The notes under the pieces: generated by a model
Seen by the model: only the letters and a program-made list of their open reading frames with translations
Database searches by the model: none
What the model was told of the DNA's origin: nothing
Part shown: positions 42,971 through 58,665 of the stretch, piece after piece
Layout: each line of letters opens with the position of its first letter
How positions within the stretch are numbered: the stretch's first letter is position 1
Source of the DNA: Eledone cirrhosa
Lineage: Eukaryota
DNA length: 64,000 nt
Direction of reading: 5' to 3'
Assembly (NCBI GenBank): GCA_964016885.1
Contig: OZ024743.1
Location: 200,198,001-200,262,000, forward strand
Position numbers and translations under genes: made by a program

Positions 42971-43186
42971 TAATGGGGTATTAATCCTACTATGACTATG
43001 ACTACGACCATGTCATGTCGACTACCACCACTAACAACAACAATAATAATAATAAAAGTGATGTTGATGGTGATGATTACTAGAAAATGCTATTTTCGTC
43101 ATTTCTAAAACTAGCAAAACAATTGATGGTTTGGATAGGGTCAAACAGTAGTCGTTAGACATGCTCAACCAACCGTGACGCCTAAA

Positions 43187-43284
43187 CCAATCAGATTTAG
43201 TAATCCAGTGAAACTACACACCGATTGGTCGAAATACAGTTTGCAAAATTTAGCATCCTGCAGCCGCTTTTCACTGTATATAAG
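43187..43284 (+). promoter_or_regulatory. Candidate pseudo-LTR promoter (CCAAT, inverted CCAAT, TATATAA)
   Basis: ccaatcag at 43187, gattgg at 43223 and tatataa at 43278, upstream of the hammerhead; function inferred. Confidence 0.4.
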
Positions 43285-43345
43285 GCACAAAATTTACCCA
43301 TCTCATTACAGTTGAAAATTGCAAACTTGACTGTCACCACAGAAT

Positions 43346-43385
43346 ATGAACCTGAAGATTGCGAAAGCATGAAAGTACTTGTTCA
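43346..43385 (+). ncRNA. Minimal type I hammerhead ribozyme motif
   Basis: tgaac-CTGAAGA-t-tgc-gaaa-gca-t-GAAAG-ta-CTT-gttca; palindromic aagtactt stem III. Confidence 0.75.
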
Positions 43386-43732
43386 ATTAACATTTAACAT
43401 TTAATATTCTACCATACTATTTCATTCTAACACCATTATACATTTTAAAGGATTGTAAATAAAACGAGTAAATCAGACAAAGTTGGAATTCCTTTTATTA
43501 ATATATATATATATATATATATATATTAGTTATGCAATAAACAACATAAGATAATTATTTCATTTACCAGTGGTTTCTTGAAGGCAGATGTTGTGTCTGT
43601 CTTCAGTCGTCAGAATGAATAAATAACATGGGTGTTTTTATTAAATATGGATTTGAAATGATTTTCCTGTATAATTTTCCTGTACCTTTCCGACGGAAAT
43701 ACTTCATTTATATATATATATATATACATACA

Positions 43733-43854
<122 letters not shown>

Positions 43855-44353
43855 AGAAAACGAGATAATAAGAGACACCAATGAGAAGACGGAGAAGATG
43901 AGAAGGGGTCAGAGGAAAACGACAGACATAATTAAGAGAAAGTAAGAAAATACACACAGAGACGGATAGAAACAAAGATGGAGCAGGAGGAGAGAAAGTG
44001 GGGAAACGGAGGAGAGAAAGAGGGGGGAAGGAGGAGAGAAAGTTGGATGTTCAAAAGGAATTATGGTGGTGGGGAACTTGAGGAAATATAATTTAAAAGG
44101 TAGTATTATAAAAATGCTACAAAATGAAAAGAAAAAAAAATAGATTAGCGAATAATTATATAAATGAACAAACAGAAAAATATGTAAAAAAATAACAACA
44201 GCAACAAGAAAATTGTCATTTTTTATTTCTTCAATTCTCTTCAAACGAGAAAAATACATTTTAAAAGTTATATTAAAATAAGATAAAGATAAAAATAAAT
44301 AAAAATAGTTAAAATATGAGAAAATACACACAAACATTACCATACACATACAT

Positions 44354-44430
<77 letters not shown>

Positions 44431-44507
44431 CTCTCTATCTATTTATCTATCTATCTATCTAAACGTCCTCAAACACACACACACACACACACACATAGAC
44501 AGACACA

Positions 44508-44617
<110 letters not shown>

Positions 44618-44695
44618 CGTTATTCCGGGTTGAATCGGAGGTAACCACAGTAAGTAAGGTACTCAATACATAGCAGAGTATAATAGTTTTAATAT
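44618..44695 (-). mobile_element. Tail-only insertion in (TA)n carrying the ACTC...GAGTACCTT motif
   Basis: Reverse strand actctgctatgtattgagtacctt; homologous to 2083-2146. Confidence 0.6.
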
Positions 44696-44709
44696 ATATA
44701 TATATATAC

Positions 44710-44750
<41 letters not shown>

Positions 44751-44774
44751 TGTAGGTACATATGTATACACACA

Positions 44775-44863
<89 letters not shown>

Positions 44864-45120
44864 TATTTAAATTTATGAATAATTTATTTATGAATTTTTT
44901 TGGGGGGTGGTTATAATTATGGTGATGGTGCTGAGCTGGTTGTGTAGGTTATATAGATGGCGGTAGTGGTCTTGTTCATAATGTTGGGAGGAGTTAGGGA
45001 GGCGGTAGTTGTTATGTTACGGCGGGAGTGTATAGATAGTAATGAAGGAGATGATAACAATGATGATATTTGATCATTGATAATGATGCTTTTCATATTT
45101 AACTTGTCCTTATCAATATT

Positions 45121-45177
45121 CATCATCATCATCACCACAATCCCCACCACTAACCCCAATATCCTTATAACCACTAC

Positions 45178-45221
<44 letters not shown>

Positions 45222-45261
45222 CAATCCCCACCACTAACCCCAATATCCTTATAACCACTAC

Positions 45262-45311
<50 letters not shown>

Positions 45312-45354
45312 CCACAATCCCCACCACTAACCCCAATATCCTTATAACCACTAC

Positions 45355-45407
<53 letters not shown>

Positions 45408-45450
45408 CCACAATCCCCACCACTAACCCCAATATCCTTATAACCACTAC

Positions 45451-45503
<53 letters not shown>

Positions 45504-45546
45504 CCACAATCCCCACCACTAACCCCAATATCCTTATAACCACTAC

Positions 45547-45596
<50 letters not shown>

Positions 45597-45663
45597 CCAC
45601 AATCCCCACCACTAACCCCAATATCCTTATAACCACTACCATCATCATCATCATCATCATCAT
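45121..45663. repeat. Compound tandem repeat: 6 copies of a unit of about 44 bp separated by variable (CAT)n
   Basis: accacaatccccaccactaaccccaatatccttataaccactac repeated six times. Confidence 0.95.
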
Positions 45664-45779
45664 CTATACGACAACCACCAAGGCAAACATCAGTACGACC
45701 GCTAACATCATCATCAACACCACTACCATCACTGTCATCTTCTTCACCACTTCCATCATTACTATCATGATCTTCACTG

Positions 45780-47110
45780 CCACCACCACCACCACCACCA
45801 CTACTACCTACCATCACTATCATCATCTTCACCACCACCACCACCACCATCACTATCATCATCTTCACCACCACCACCACCACCACCATCACTATCGCCA
45901 TCTTGATCACCACCACTACCATCACTATCACCATCTTCACCACCACCACCACCAACACTATCAACATCTTCACCACCACCACCACCAACACTATCAACAT
46001 CTTCACCACCACCACCAACACTATCGCCATCTTCACTACCACCACGACCACCATCACTATCGCCATCTTCACCACCACCACCACCAACACTATCAACATC
46101 TTCACCACCAACACTATCACCATCTTCACCACCACCACCACCAACACTATCAACATCTTCACCACCACCACCACCAACACTATCAACATCTTCACCACCA
46201 CCACCAACACTATCGCCATCTTCACTACCACCACGACCACCATCACTATCGCCATCTTCACCACCACCACCACCAACACTATCAACATCTTCACCACCAA
46301 CACTATCACCATCTTCACCACCACCACCACCAACACTATCAACATCTTCACCACCACCACCACCACCAACACTATCAACATCTTCACCCCCACCACCACC
46401 ACCATCACTATCGCCATCTTCACCACCACCACCACCAACACTATCAACATCTTCACCACCACCACCACCATCACTATCACCATCTTCACCACCACCACCA
46501 ACACTATCGCCATCTTCACTACCACCACCACCACCATCACTATCGCCATCTTCACCACCACCACCACCACCATCACTATCGCCATCTTCACCACCACCAC
46601 CACCAACACTATCACCATCTTCACCACCACCACCACCAACACTATCACCATCTTCACCACCACCAACACTATCAACATCTTCACCACCAACACTATCAAC
46701 ATCTTCACCCCCACCACCACCACCATCACTATCGCCATCTTCACCACCACCACCACCAACACTATCAACATCTTCACCACCACCACCACCATCACTATCA
46801 CCATCTTCACCACCACCACCACCACCAACACTATCAACATCTTCACCACCACCACCAACACTATCACCATCTTCACCACCACCACCACCACCAACACTAT
46901 CAACATCTTCACCACCTCTATCATTACTATCATTATCTTCACTGCCACCACCTCCACCAACACTACCACCACCACCACCACCACCATCACCACCACCACC
47001 ACCACCACCACCAACACCACCACCACCACCATTATTATCATCACTATCACCATCATCACCTCCATCATAATCATCATCGTCAACAACACAACAACCATTA
47101 TCATCACGAT
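45780..47110. repeat. (CAC)n-derived higher-order low-complexity repeat
   Basis: Recurrent cactatcaacatcttcaccaccacc units. Confidence 0.9.
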
Positions 47111-47324
47111 GACCCTATCGCACCATCAACATTATCAGCATAAACACCACCTCCACCAACCCATCAACACCTCCAATTCCATCACCACCATCCCCGCAAC
47201 CACTACCACCACCACCAACAACAACATGAACAAAAACACTACCATCATCGGTATCATCACTACCGTTCTCCTCGTTATCTTCAGCATTATCAGTCGCAGT
47301 ACTTGTAGCACCAAAAGTCTTTCA

Positions 47325-47878
<554 letters not shown>

Positions 47879-48008
47879 TATGGTGCTAATGATGTTGGTT
47901 GCTGGGGGGGGGGGGGGGGTTGACTCCATGTAATTGCAAGTAATACCACAACTACAGACACAAACAACAAAAATGCCCGCAACATCGCCATATATAATGA
48001 ATATGTGA

Positions 48009-48125
48009 AGGCGCGTGGCTGAGTGGGTAGAGAATTGGATTCAAAATCGTGAGGTTGTGAATTCGATTCCCGGACCGCGTGAAGCATTATGTCCTTGAGC
48101 AATACACTTTATTTCACTTTATTGC
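48009..48125 (+). mobile_element. tRNA-derived SINE 5' part with CORE-like segment
   Basis: A-box TGGCTGAGTGG, B-box-like ATTCGATTCC, then tgtccttgagcaatacact. Confidence 0.65.
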
Positions 48126-48247
48126 ACCTTCTACCTAGAGTTGCGACCGATAGAGATTATTAGCAATTGGAAAGACCAATGGAAACATTGTTTCCTCGGT
48201 CCGAGATGACGAAAGTCGATTGACTGTCGATATATATATATGTATAT

Positions 48248-48401
48248 ATATAATATAAGATCAAAAGATGGTTAAAGGAGTTCAATATGTTAACCATCTT
48301 TTGATCTTATATTATGCATACTCCAGTCCCACATACTGTAGAGTGCTTCTTATCCGATATCTGCATTGCTTTATTGTACTACAATAAAACTCACCTCCTA
48401 C

Positions 48402-48402
<1 letters not shown>
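48248..48402 (+). mobile_element. Miniature fold-back insertion (arms of about 25 bp plus a tail of about 88 nt), family D
   Basis: ataatataagatcaaaagatggttaa / ttaaccatcttttgatcttatattat; the tail has actccagtcccacatactgtagagtgctt. Confidence 0.8.
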
Positions 48403-48434
<32 letters not shown>

Positions 48435-48437
<3 letters not shown>

Positions 48438-48833
48438 GATATTAAATAAATGGAAACTATATTTATAAAACCATATTTATTTCATTATATATATTTCAGG
48501 GATATCATATTAACAATATGCTATGCCTTCCTCAGACAAAATACAATATAAACAGTTTTATAGATAAATAGATTTGACATACCGTACAACATCGACTTGT
48601 ATTTGAAAAGTTGATCTATAAAACTGTTTATATTGTATTTTGTCTGAGGAAGGCATAGCATATTGTTAATATGATATCCCTGAAATATATATAATGAAAT
48701 AAATATGGTTTTATAAATATAGTTTCCATTTATTTAATATCGTAAATATACTCCAAATACTTGTCGAGTGCTTTTATATCAGTTATAAATATTTACTAGT
48801 TGTAACCCAACAATTTAAATATAACTTTCCACG
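48435..48833 (+). mobile_element. Fold-back insertion with hammerhead, family E
   Basis: Arms 48435-48565 and 48614-48744 are inverted; tail to 48833; (TA)n flanks; related to 51871-52319. Confidence 0.9.
48637..48700 (+). ncRNA. Type I hammerhead ribozyme motif (mirror copy on the minus strand in the left arm)
   Basis: attttgt-CTGAGGA-agg..catatt/aatatg..cct-GAAAT-atat-ATA-atgaaat; predicted cleavage after 48693. Confidence 0.75.
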
Positions 48834-48835
48834 TA

Positions 48836-48866
<31 letters not shown>

Positions 48867-48867
48867 T

Positions 48868-49640
<773 letters not shown>

Positions 49641-49816
49641 ATATATATATATATATATATGAAAACAAAGAAGATTATTAAGAAGAAAAATATTTTTTTC
49701 CCATTTTTATTTATTTCTCACTTTTTTCTGGGTTAGAAAATGATTAAAACGAAATATTTTACTTCGTGTGAAGTGTTAAGGTATTAGTTGATTTATTCAT
49801 TAATTAACAATGGCAT

Positions 49817-49852
<36 letters not shown>

Positions 49853-50637
49853 TAATTGTCTATTACCGGTTTCAGCATTTTTATGCATTATGAAATGATA
49901 GATATATCAAATGATATATATATATACTAGTTCATTGTTCCTTTGTCAGTGTTGAACAAAAGGGCAACGATGGTTGCTGAACACTGTACGGCTTAATTCG
50001 GGTTGTGTATTTACAAACAAACCGAACATTATAATAAATGTTCGGTAAACCCATGCGTACATATATATATGTGTGTGCATGTATGTATATATATAAATAC
50101 TACTGTACGTCTGTATACATATATGTATGTACGTATACATACTTATATATTTAATATTAGGATTAAACCCGTATTCAACTAGTTAGACCATTATTCAACA
50201 GAGTACTAGAAACTTGGGATAGTAGTGTCTGACTATGGTATATATATATATATATATATATATGATGTGTGTGTGGGGGTGTGGGGGCGTGGGGGTGTGT
50301 GTGTTTGTTTGTTGGTCCGTATGTATGTATTTATGAAGCGTGTGTGTGTTTCTGTGTGTGTATGTTTGTGTGTGTGAGTGTATGTTTACGTATGTAAACA
50401 CGTACAAAACCGCACTGACGAGATCTTAAGAAGAAAGCTGTGTCAAAAGGTCACTAGAGATAAATTCATTTGTCAACACGCACAGATATACACAAGACTT
50501 ACGCGCACATACATAAATAGATATATACATAAATACATACATACATAAATACATACATACATATACACATCCATCCATCCATCCATCCATCCATCCATCC
50601 ATCCATACATACATACATACATACATACATACATACA

Positions 50638-50671
<34 letters not shown>

Positions 50672-51085
50672 CATACATACATACATACGTGATGATTGCC
50701 CTCTCGTTATCGCGTAAGGCCATTGCACGATATAACATTATTAATAATTATGAATTAATGATATCGTGCAAAGCCTGTGCATGAAGATTTTTTTTTAAGT
50801 GAGGAAAGACTGTGCACTGAGCCAATCCTACCCTCTGAGCAACAGTAGCTATAACCCGAAAGAAGAAGAGATCAACATCATTGGTAACTACTGAGCCGCA
50901 GGTTTTATGTCGGAGTTATCCCAGCTCCTTGAGTTGCATTCTGCTAGAAGAATGCCCTGACAAATGCTAGGGGTCCGTCACTCCCAGTGATTTAACCACG
51001 CGATTGGGAATCCTGCCCGATTATTCCTATGTCCCCACGTATAAATATGCATTTGCATACAAGTATATATATATATATATATATA

Positions 51086-51805
51086 TACATTATGAAGAGA
51101 GAAGAAACATTTAGATATAATTAGTAATAAAATGTATCATACCTAAACTGTTCCTAAATTCCTCGACTACGTAGTTTCGTGGCATAAACAAAAGCAATAT
51201 ATCAAAGATATAGAGTCCTTGCGAGGTCTGCCGACTTATCAAGAGGATACCTCATTTTACTAGTCTCAAGAACGCGTCTACACGACGTGAGAAAGAATCC
51301 CAAAAGGCGGAGGAGGAGACAGTCACGCGATATAACGGTCGAGAAACAGAGCTACGGCCTCGATATGAATACCCCCTCCGCCTCCGTGGTATTTTCTTCG
51401 TGGTTATAAGAGGCTTAGCTCTGTTTCTCGACCGTTATATCGCGTGACTGTCTCCCCCTCCGCCTTTTGGGATTCTTTCTCACGTCGTGTAGACGCGTTC
51501 TTGAGACTAGTAAAATGAGGTATCCTCTTGATAAGTCGGCAGACCTCGCAAGGACTCTATATCTTTGATATATTGTTTTTGTTTATGCCACGAAACTACG
51601 TAGTCGAGGAATTTAGGAACAGTTTAGGTATGATACATTTTATTACTAATTATATCTAAATGTTTCTTCTCTCTTCATAATGTATTTTTAACTCTGATAC
51701 TGGTTCAGTCTGGTTCAAACTGAATTGGTCTGTCCCAGTCATTCATTGAGCAACATCGGTGAAGTTGGCACCCTTAACTCACAGTTGGGTGCGGATGCAT
51801 TCATG
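51086..51805 (+). mobile_element. Fold-back insertion with hammerhead, family G
   Basis: Arms 51086-51360 and 51411-51685 of about 275 bp; one-sided tail of about 120 nt. Confidence 0.9.
51523..51610 (+). ncRNA. Type I hammerhead motif with U3-A8 core and long stem II (mirror copy in the left arm)
   Basis: tcctc-TTGATAA-gtcggca...tgccac-GAAAC-tacgta-GTC-gagga; predicted cleavage after 51605. Confidence 0.75.
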
Positions 51806-51841
51806 TATATATGTGTGTGTCCGCATGTATCTGTGTGTTTC

Positions 51842-51870
<29 letters not shown>

Positions 51871-51874
<4 letters not shown>

Positions 51875-52319
51875 AAGTTCTATTTAAATTGTTGGGATAC
51901 AACAAGCAAATATTTTTATAAATTATATAAAGCACTCAACAAATTATTGGAGTAAAAATACAATATATTAACAAATGGAAACTATATTTATAAAACCATA
52001 TTTATTTCATTATACATATTTCAAGGACACCAAGTTAAATTATGGTATGCTTTCATCAGATAAAATATAATATAGATCAGTTTTATAAATAAATATTGAC
52101 ATACCCTTAAAGAATGCAACCATTCTTTAACCTATCCGGGAGCTTCCAACACAAATGGTTGCATTCTTTAAGGGTATGTCAATATTTATTTATAAAACTG
52201 ATCTATATTATATTTTATCTGATGAAAGCACACCATAATTTAACTTGGTGTCCTTGAAATATGTATAATGAAATATATATGGTTTTATAAATATAGTTTC
52301 CATTTGTTAATATATCGTA
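51871..52319 (-). mobile_element. Fold-back insertion with hammerhead, family E (tail on the left)
   Basis: Arms about 51959-52124 and 52154-52319; the reverse-complemented tail matches 48745-48833. Confidence 0.9.
52212..52274 (+). ncRNA. Type I hammerhead ribozyme motif (mirror copy in the left arm)
   Basis: attttat-CTGATGA-aagcacacca..tggtgtcctt-GAAAT-atgt-ATA-atgaaat. Confidence 0.8.
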
Positions 52320-52499
52320 TATATATATATATATATGTATACATATTTACACATTTTTGGATGGCCGTTGACTCTTATGAGTTCTTCCGCCCTTTGTCAG
52401 TTTTTGCTTTTTGTCCTGCAGGGTGTCCAAAATCACCCTCCTCACCAGGCAAACTTGGTGGGGTTGAAAAACTTGAAAAACCTAAAAAGTACTGGAAAC

Positions 52500-53575
52500 T
52501 TCCACATCAACAGTGATATAGACCACCTCTACTTGAAACATAAGTAGGGAGGCAGAGAGTTAACATCAGTCCAGACAGCAAATGAATGTCGCATCATATC
52601 CCTCCGACAACATTTACGAACCTCCAAACGTAGGAGCCCATCTACTGAGCAAGTCTGTCTGCATGTAACAGATAAGATCATGAGATTTGGGAACGAACTC
52701 CTTGAAAGATACTCTCTGCATGATAATGAAAAGCTCACATACAGGGAAATTGCCCAGCAATACCGTAGCGAATCCATGGATGTAAAACTGCATGCTTATC
52801 AGCAAAATGTCATCCATGGATATGTTGCCAGGAAGATCCAGAGTGAGAGTAATATAGATAAGCAAATTAGTCTATCTTGGACGAACAATCGCTATATTGG
52901 CTCCCACTTTGAAGAATATGCTTTTTGCAATCCAAGAACAGGAAATCAATACAAAATACCTGATTCACAAAGGGTATAGGGATGCAGGCAAAACACCTAG
53001 ATGTGACAACAAATGCAGACTCTTCAGAGTTAACATCGAAGATGTCACCCATGTCATTAGCAGTTGTCCAAAGATGTCATAACAGTACTATCTATCTATG
53101 AGGCATGATGTAGTGGCCAAAATACTGTACAATGCAAACCGTAGAAAAGATAGTCTCGACAATAAACACATTAAAAGTTACAGCAATGTGGAAGACATGT
53201 ACATAATATGAAAGAGTTCTGGTAGAATGTTCCAGTCAAAACCCTAATAAAATGTAAACATAACAGACCAGATATAATGATATGGGACAAAGAAAAGAAG
53301 GCATGCACAATAGTGGAAGTTAGCTGTACAGCAGATGCCAATATAATATTAAAGATCAGTGAAAAGGAGAATATCTATGTAAAACTGAGAAATCTGCAGA
53401 TACTCCATCCTGAATATACCTTCAGATTTATACCTGTGATTATTGGGGAACTGGGATATGATAGTAACAGCCTCAATACAAATGTTGAGAAGCTCGGCTT
53501 CACAGAAACAGAAAGAACACAACTAGTTAGGAAATTACAAGTACAATCCATTAATAGTCAAAATATGTAAAATAT
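52500..53575 (+). pseudogene. C-terminal region of an RLE-type retrotransposon protein (CCHC finger plus PD-(D/E)xK endonuclease), disrupted
   Basis: AIQEQEINTKYL, CRL..NIEDVTHVISSC, RHDVVAK and HNRPDIMIWD...IVEVSC. Confidence 0.85.
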
Positions 53576-54314
53576 ATAAAATATATAAAATAGTCAAAAT
53601 ATGTAAAATATTCCAAAATTCTGCATCGTATAATTGCATATACACATGTACAGATACAAAGCATATGCACATGCACGCATATAACTTAAAAATACACATC
53701 CACACATACAATAACATCCATACCTGCACGCACATGCATGCATGCAAACATGCATACATATCTACCTAGTTGTTTAAATTATAATGAGAGAGTCTTGTAT
53801 CTATGTTAGAAACCGACTATCTCTCTATTGGTAAAAAATTATAAAATTATAAAACCTGAACATACATACATACACACACACATACATACATATATACGTA
53901 AATGGTGGCTGCCAACTCGTTTTCGAGTACGGCCACTACTTTATATCCATGTAGGAGAACCCCCACCGATGCGCTGAACGAGTGTGACTTCTTAGTCCAG
54001 CCAGCGACTTGAAAACTCTGGTACAAACACTACACTTGTGACAATTATTGACACATAGTGCTGGGCCCATTGTACCATGTGACGACAAGTGCAGATAGAT
54101 CTCCAGATATAAAGCAATGCCTGTGCCGTGAAGCTTTTATAGTGAGCAAAGGCACTGCACAAAGCCAGTCCCACTCTCTTAACCAAGATGATATTTACCA
54201 AAAAGAAGAACAAGTCAACATCATTGGATACCATCATATTGGATACCATCATATACATACATACATACATACATACATACATACATACATACATACATAA
54301 TACATACATACATA

Positions 54315-54853
54315 CATGATGTCTTCCCCTTCGTTATCGAGTATGGCCATTGCACGATATACCATTATTAATAATTATTAATTAATTCTATCGTGCAATG
54401 CCTGTGCGTGAAGATATTTTTTAAAGTGAGGAAAGACTGTGCACTGAGCCAATCCCACTCTCTGAGCGACAGTAGCTATAACCCGAAAAGAATAAAAGAT
54501 CAACATCATCGGTAACTACTGAGCCGCAGATTTTATATCGGAGTTATCCCAGTTTCCTCAGTTGCCTTCTCCTAGAAGAATGCCCTGACAAAGTCTAGGG
54601 GTCCTTCACTCCCAGTGGTTTAACCGCGTGGTATATGTGTATATACATATTTACACACTTTCGGATGGCCGTTGACCCTTATGAGTTCTTCCGCCCTTTG
54701 TCAGGTTTTATTTGTTGTCCTGCAGGGTGTCCAAAATCACCCTCCTCACCAAGTAAACTTGGTGGGGTTGCCGGTTTAGTCACCGACGACCCGACTATGC
54801 GACAGGTTGTACTGGGTTACATGTTACCAGTAGCACTCAAGAGTGACCCGAGA
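54315..54853 (+). mobile_element. Non-coding structured repeat of about 540 bp between (TACA)n tracts; second copy of 50688-51000 plus 52330-52466
   Basis: Direct sequence similarity. Confidence 0.75.
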
Positions 54854-54887
<34 letters not shown>

Positions 54888-54889
54888 CA

Positions 54890-54920
<31 letters not shown>

Positions 54921-55399
54921 GTACACACATACATATGTAAACACATAGAGTGGTAATGTGGTGATCGTGGTGATTGTAAGGTAAGTTGTTGATATTTGGG
55001 AACCCACCTCGTGTACGGTGCGGACAAGAACACTTTACTACTGCTGCCCCCACCATGACTGCACCCTTCTCCTGTTACTTGTGTTTACAAAAAAAAAAAC
55101 CGGTGTCAATTGTTTCCCTTTTCAATGGCTACTGCATTTGTTTCTTTTATTGATTTTCATTTCTTTATTTTTTTTCAGTTGATTTTCTTTACCTTTCAGT
55201 CTATTCTACGCAATCATCTGAAGGTACCTGGCTGTGAGACTATAGGTGATCGAATCATGATCGTAAAGTCATGCGTTCGATTTCAGAGAGCACGTTGTGT
55301 CCGTCAGATTAATATTTTATTTTACATTTGTCTAATCCACTCATTTGCAATAATTTTTTTTTTTTAATGTACCTTTGCTTCAGAGGGCGAGCTTTACCA

Positions 55400-55600
55400 C
55401 ACTATCTGTCATGCTGAACTTCTTGCTGACTACAACCCGAAACTCAGTATTCCACTGCTTCACTCTTTCTTTCACTGAAGCTTTCATATTCTGAGCAACA
55501 CGTAAGATTTCCATCGTTTACATTATCCAGACCAGTGATATCCTATAAAACGCCTTCTTGTAATCTATTCAAGCACCTGTCAATCTCATTCTGCTGCTTC
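55400..55600 (-). pseudogene. Decayed RT fragment (R4-like)
   Basis: Manual translation gives IDYKKAFYRISLVWI*..RVAQNMK..VKQWNT. Confidence 0.5.
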
Positions 55601-55621
55601 TTACTATTATTGTCATAATCA

Positions 55622-55656
<35 letters not shown>

Positions 55657-55673
55657 CACTGTATATATGTATA

Positions 55674-55925
55674 TCATCATCATCATTACCGTTTTACGTT
55701 CGTTGTTCCACGCTAGCATGGGTTAGACGGGTTGTTCTGTTGTGGGCAGTAGCCGGTCGGCTGACCGTGTCTTGCTCATACGGGAACTGATTCTGGCTTG
55801 ATTTCTACAGCTGGATGCCCTTCCTAATACCAACCTCCTTTACAGTGAGTGCTGGGTGCTTTTGTTTCCATGGTGCCTACACGTACACTTTACGGTGTGG
55901 GCTGGGTGCTTTTTTGCCGTGAAAA
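55674..55925 (-). mobile_element. RTE 3' UTR-like fragment with (GAT)n tail (another copy at 59819-60040)
   Basis: Matches 19874-20120 (ttccacgc..catgggtt..gacg; tttctacagctggatgcccttcctaa). Confidence 0.75.
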
Positions 55926-56062
55926 TTTGACTGTGAACAACAATTATAATTGAGTGGCTGCTATTTGCAGTATAGCAATATAAGGTTGCACTTACCAATG
56001 AAACGGTCGTAAATACCTGGATAAAATCCTTCTCTTAATGCTTACCTGTGTTTTTTCTTTTA

Positions 56063-56137
<75 letters not shown>

Positions 56138-56353
56138 TATATATATATATAGAATAAGGAAATACAAAGTTTAGATGATAAAGTCCTTAATTGATAAGGC
56201 TGGGATACATATTTTGAGGACGACACTAACTACGCAATTCATCGTAGAAGTCATTGCCATGCTCTCTTCAGACAGCGTCTTACATAATAAAGTTACAGTC
56301 AAGGAGGTAATCCAAAATTAACGCTTCAATTTTGGATTACCTGCTTGACCACT

Positions 56354-57188
<835 letters not shown>

Positions 57189-57263
57189 ATTAGACACACA
57201 GACAAAAACACAGGCAGACAGACAGGCAGATAGATAGGTAGATAGACAGACAGATAGATAGAT

Positions 57264-57363
<100 letters not shown>

Positions 57364-57807
57364 AAAAACAGAAATAGCAAAATAAATATCTAAATAAATA
57401 TCTAAATAAATATCTAAATAAATATCTAAAGAAAAAGGTATTAATTAAACGAATAAGTATACGAGACATAAATAAATACATTAAAAAATCAGTGAGGGAG
57501 GGGGAAGAAGTGAGAAGAAACAAGAGAAAGAAAGAAATCAGAATTGAGAAAGAAAAAAAATGAGACAGATTTGGCTTAAAACTTTTGTTATGAAATAATA
57601 ATAGAGCAACAGGAAACTGGGCGAGATCTTCGAGAGCAAGCAAACTAAGACTTATATTGCATTGTGGTGTTGATTTAACACAAGCTAATCACACCAGACC
57701 AGCTATAGTGGACACGTTAAAATAACAACATCTTGCCTAAGTAACAATAGTTAGGTAAGTTTGGCTTGTAAAAAACTCGGTCAGTCAACGGCTTTTTTCC
57801 TTCTCTG

Positions 57808-57861
<54 letters not shown>

Positions 57862-57876
57862 TTATACTTACATAGA

Positions 57877-57916
<40 letters not shown>

Positions 57917-57932
57917 CTTATACTTACATACA

Positions 57933-57978
<46 letters not shown>

Positions 57979-58000
57979 TTTATACATATACTTACATACA

Positions 58001-58059
<59 letters not shown>

Positions 58060-58192
58060 TTATATATACATACATACAAACAAACATACATACACAACTT
58101 ATCTTTGTCGGTGCTAGCCAGCAAGCGTCTCCAAAGTTTGCTTTTGATGTTTTCAATATATACATGCATATGCATACATATAGATTATTTCT

Positions 58193-58271
<79 letters not shown>

Positions 58272-58665
58272 AGATATATACATATATATTTATATATATA
58301 TATCAAATATCCCTTTTAATTCATATATATATATATATATATATATACGGGAGAGAAACAGAGAAAAGACATAGGTTCACACACTCGTACAATGAAAATG
58401 GTGGGTGAAGTTTTCTTGAGAAGAAATCAATAAGAATAATATAAAGCTAAATCAAAAGGAGTGGAAGAAAGAGAGAATTAGGTGTATCCGTTTTAACGTG
58501 TTAAACTGTACCCAAATCTGAGAAGTCAGTCAATATTGGTCTTTGTTAAATACGTACAATTTGTGAGTGCCTGTGTCGAAAAGGCGGGTGACTTTCTAGT
58601 TCAGGTGTTCATCACATGATCGTGAGATCGATACTTGAAGGCATGTATTATTTGGCCATACAAGA

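Larger units (their letters stand above)
40514..43500 (+). mobile_element. Penelope-like retroelement (Neptune-like), flanked by (TA)n
   Basis: RT plus GIY-YIG ORF remnants, a 3' region with CCAAT/TATA and a hammerhead, and (TA)n at both ends. Confidence 0.9.
50688..53860 (+). mobile_element. R4/Dong-like (restriction-like endonuclease) non-LTR element relic bounded by (TACA)n and interrupted by two fold-back insertions
   Basis: 50688-51000 and 52330-52466 are contiguous in the second copy at 54315-54770; an RLE-type ORF remnant and 3' UTR follow. Confidence 0.6.

Noticed and set aside
45121-45663. CRISPR-like repeat-spacer look (constant unit with variable spacers)
   Set aside because: The spacers are only (CAT)n of different lengths; eukaryotic context and no cas genes.
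50412-50445. CTGACGA...GAAAG hammerhead-like match (also CTGAAGA on the minus strand near 56270)
   Set aside because: Stems and the cleavage triplet could not be formed convincingly.
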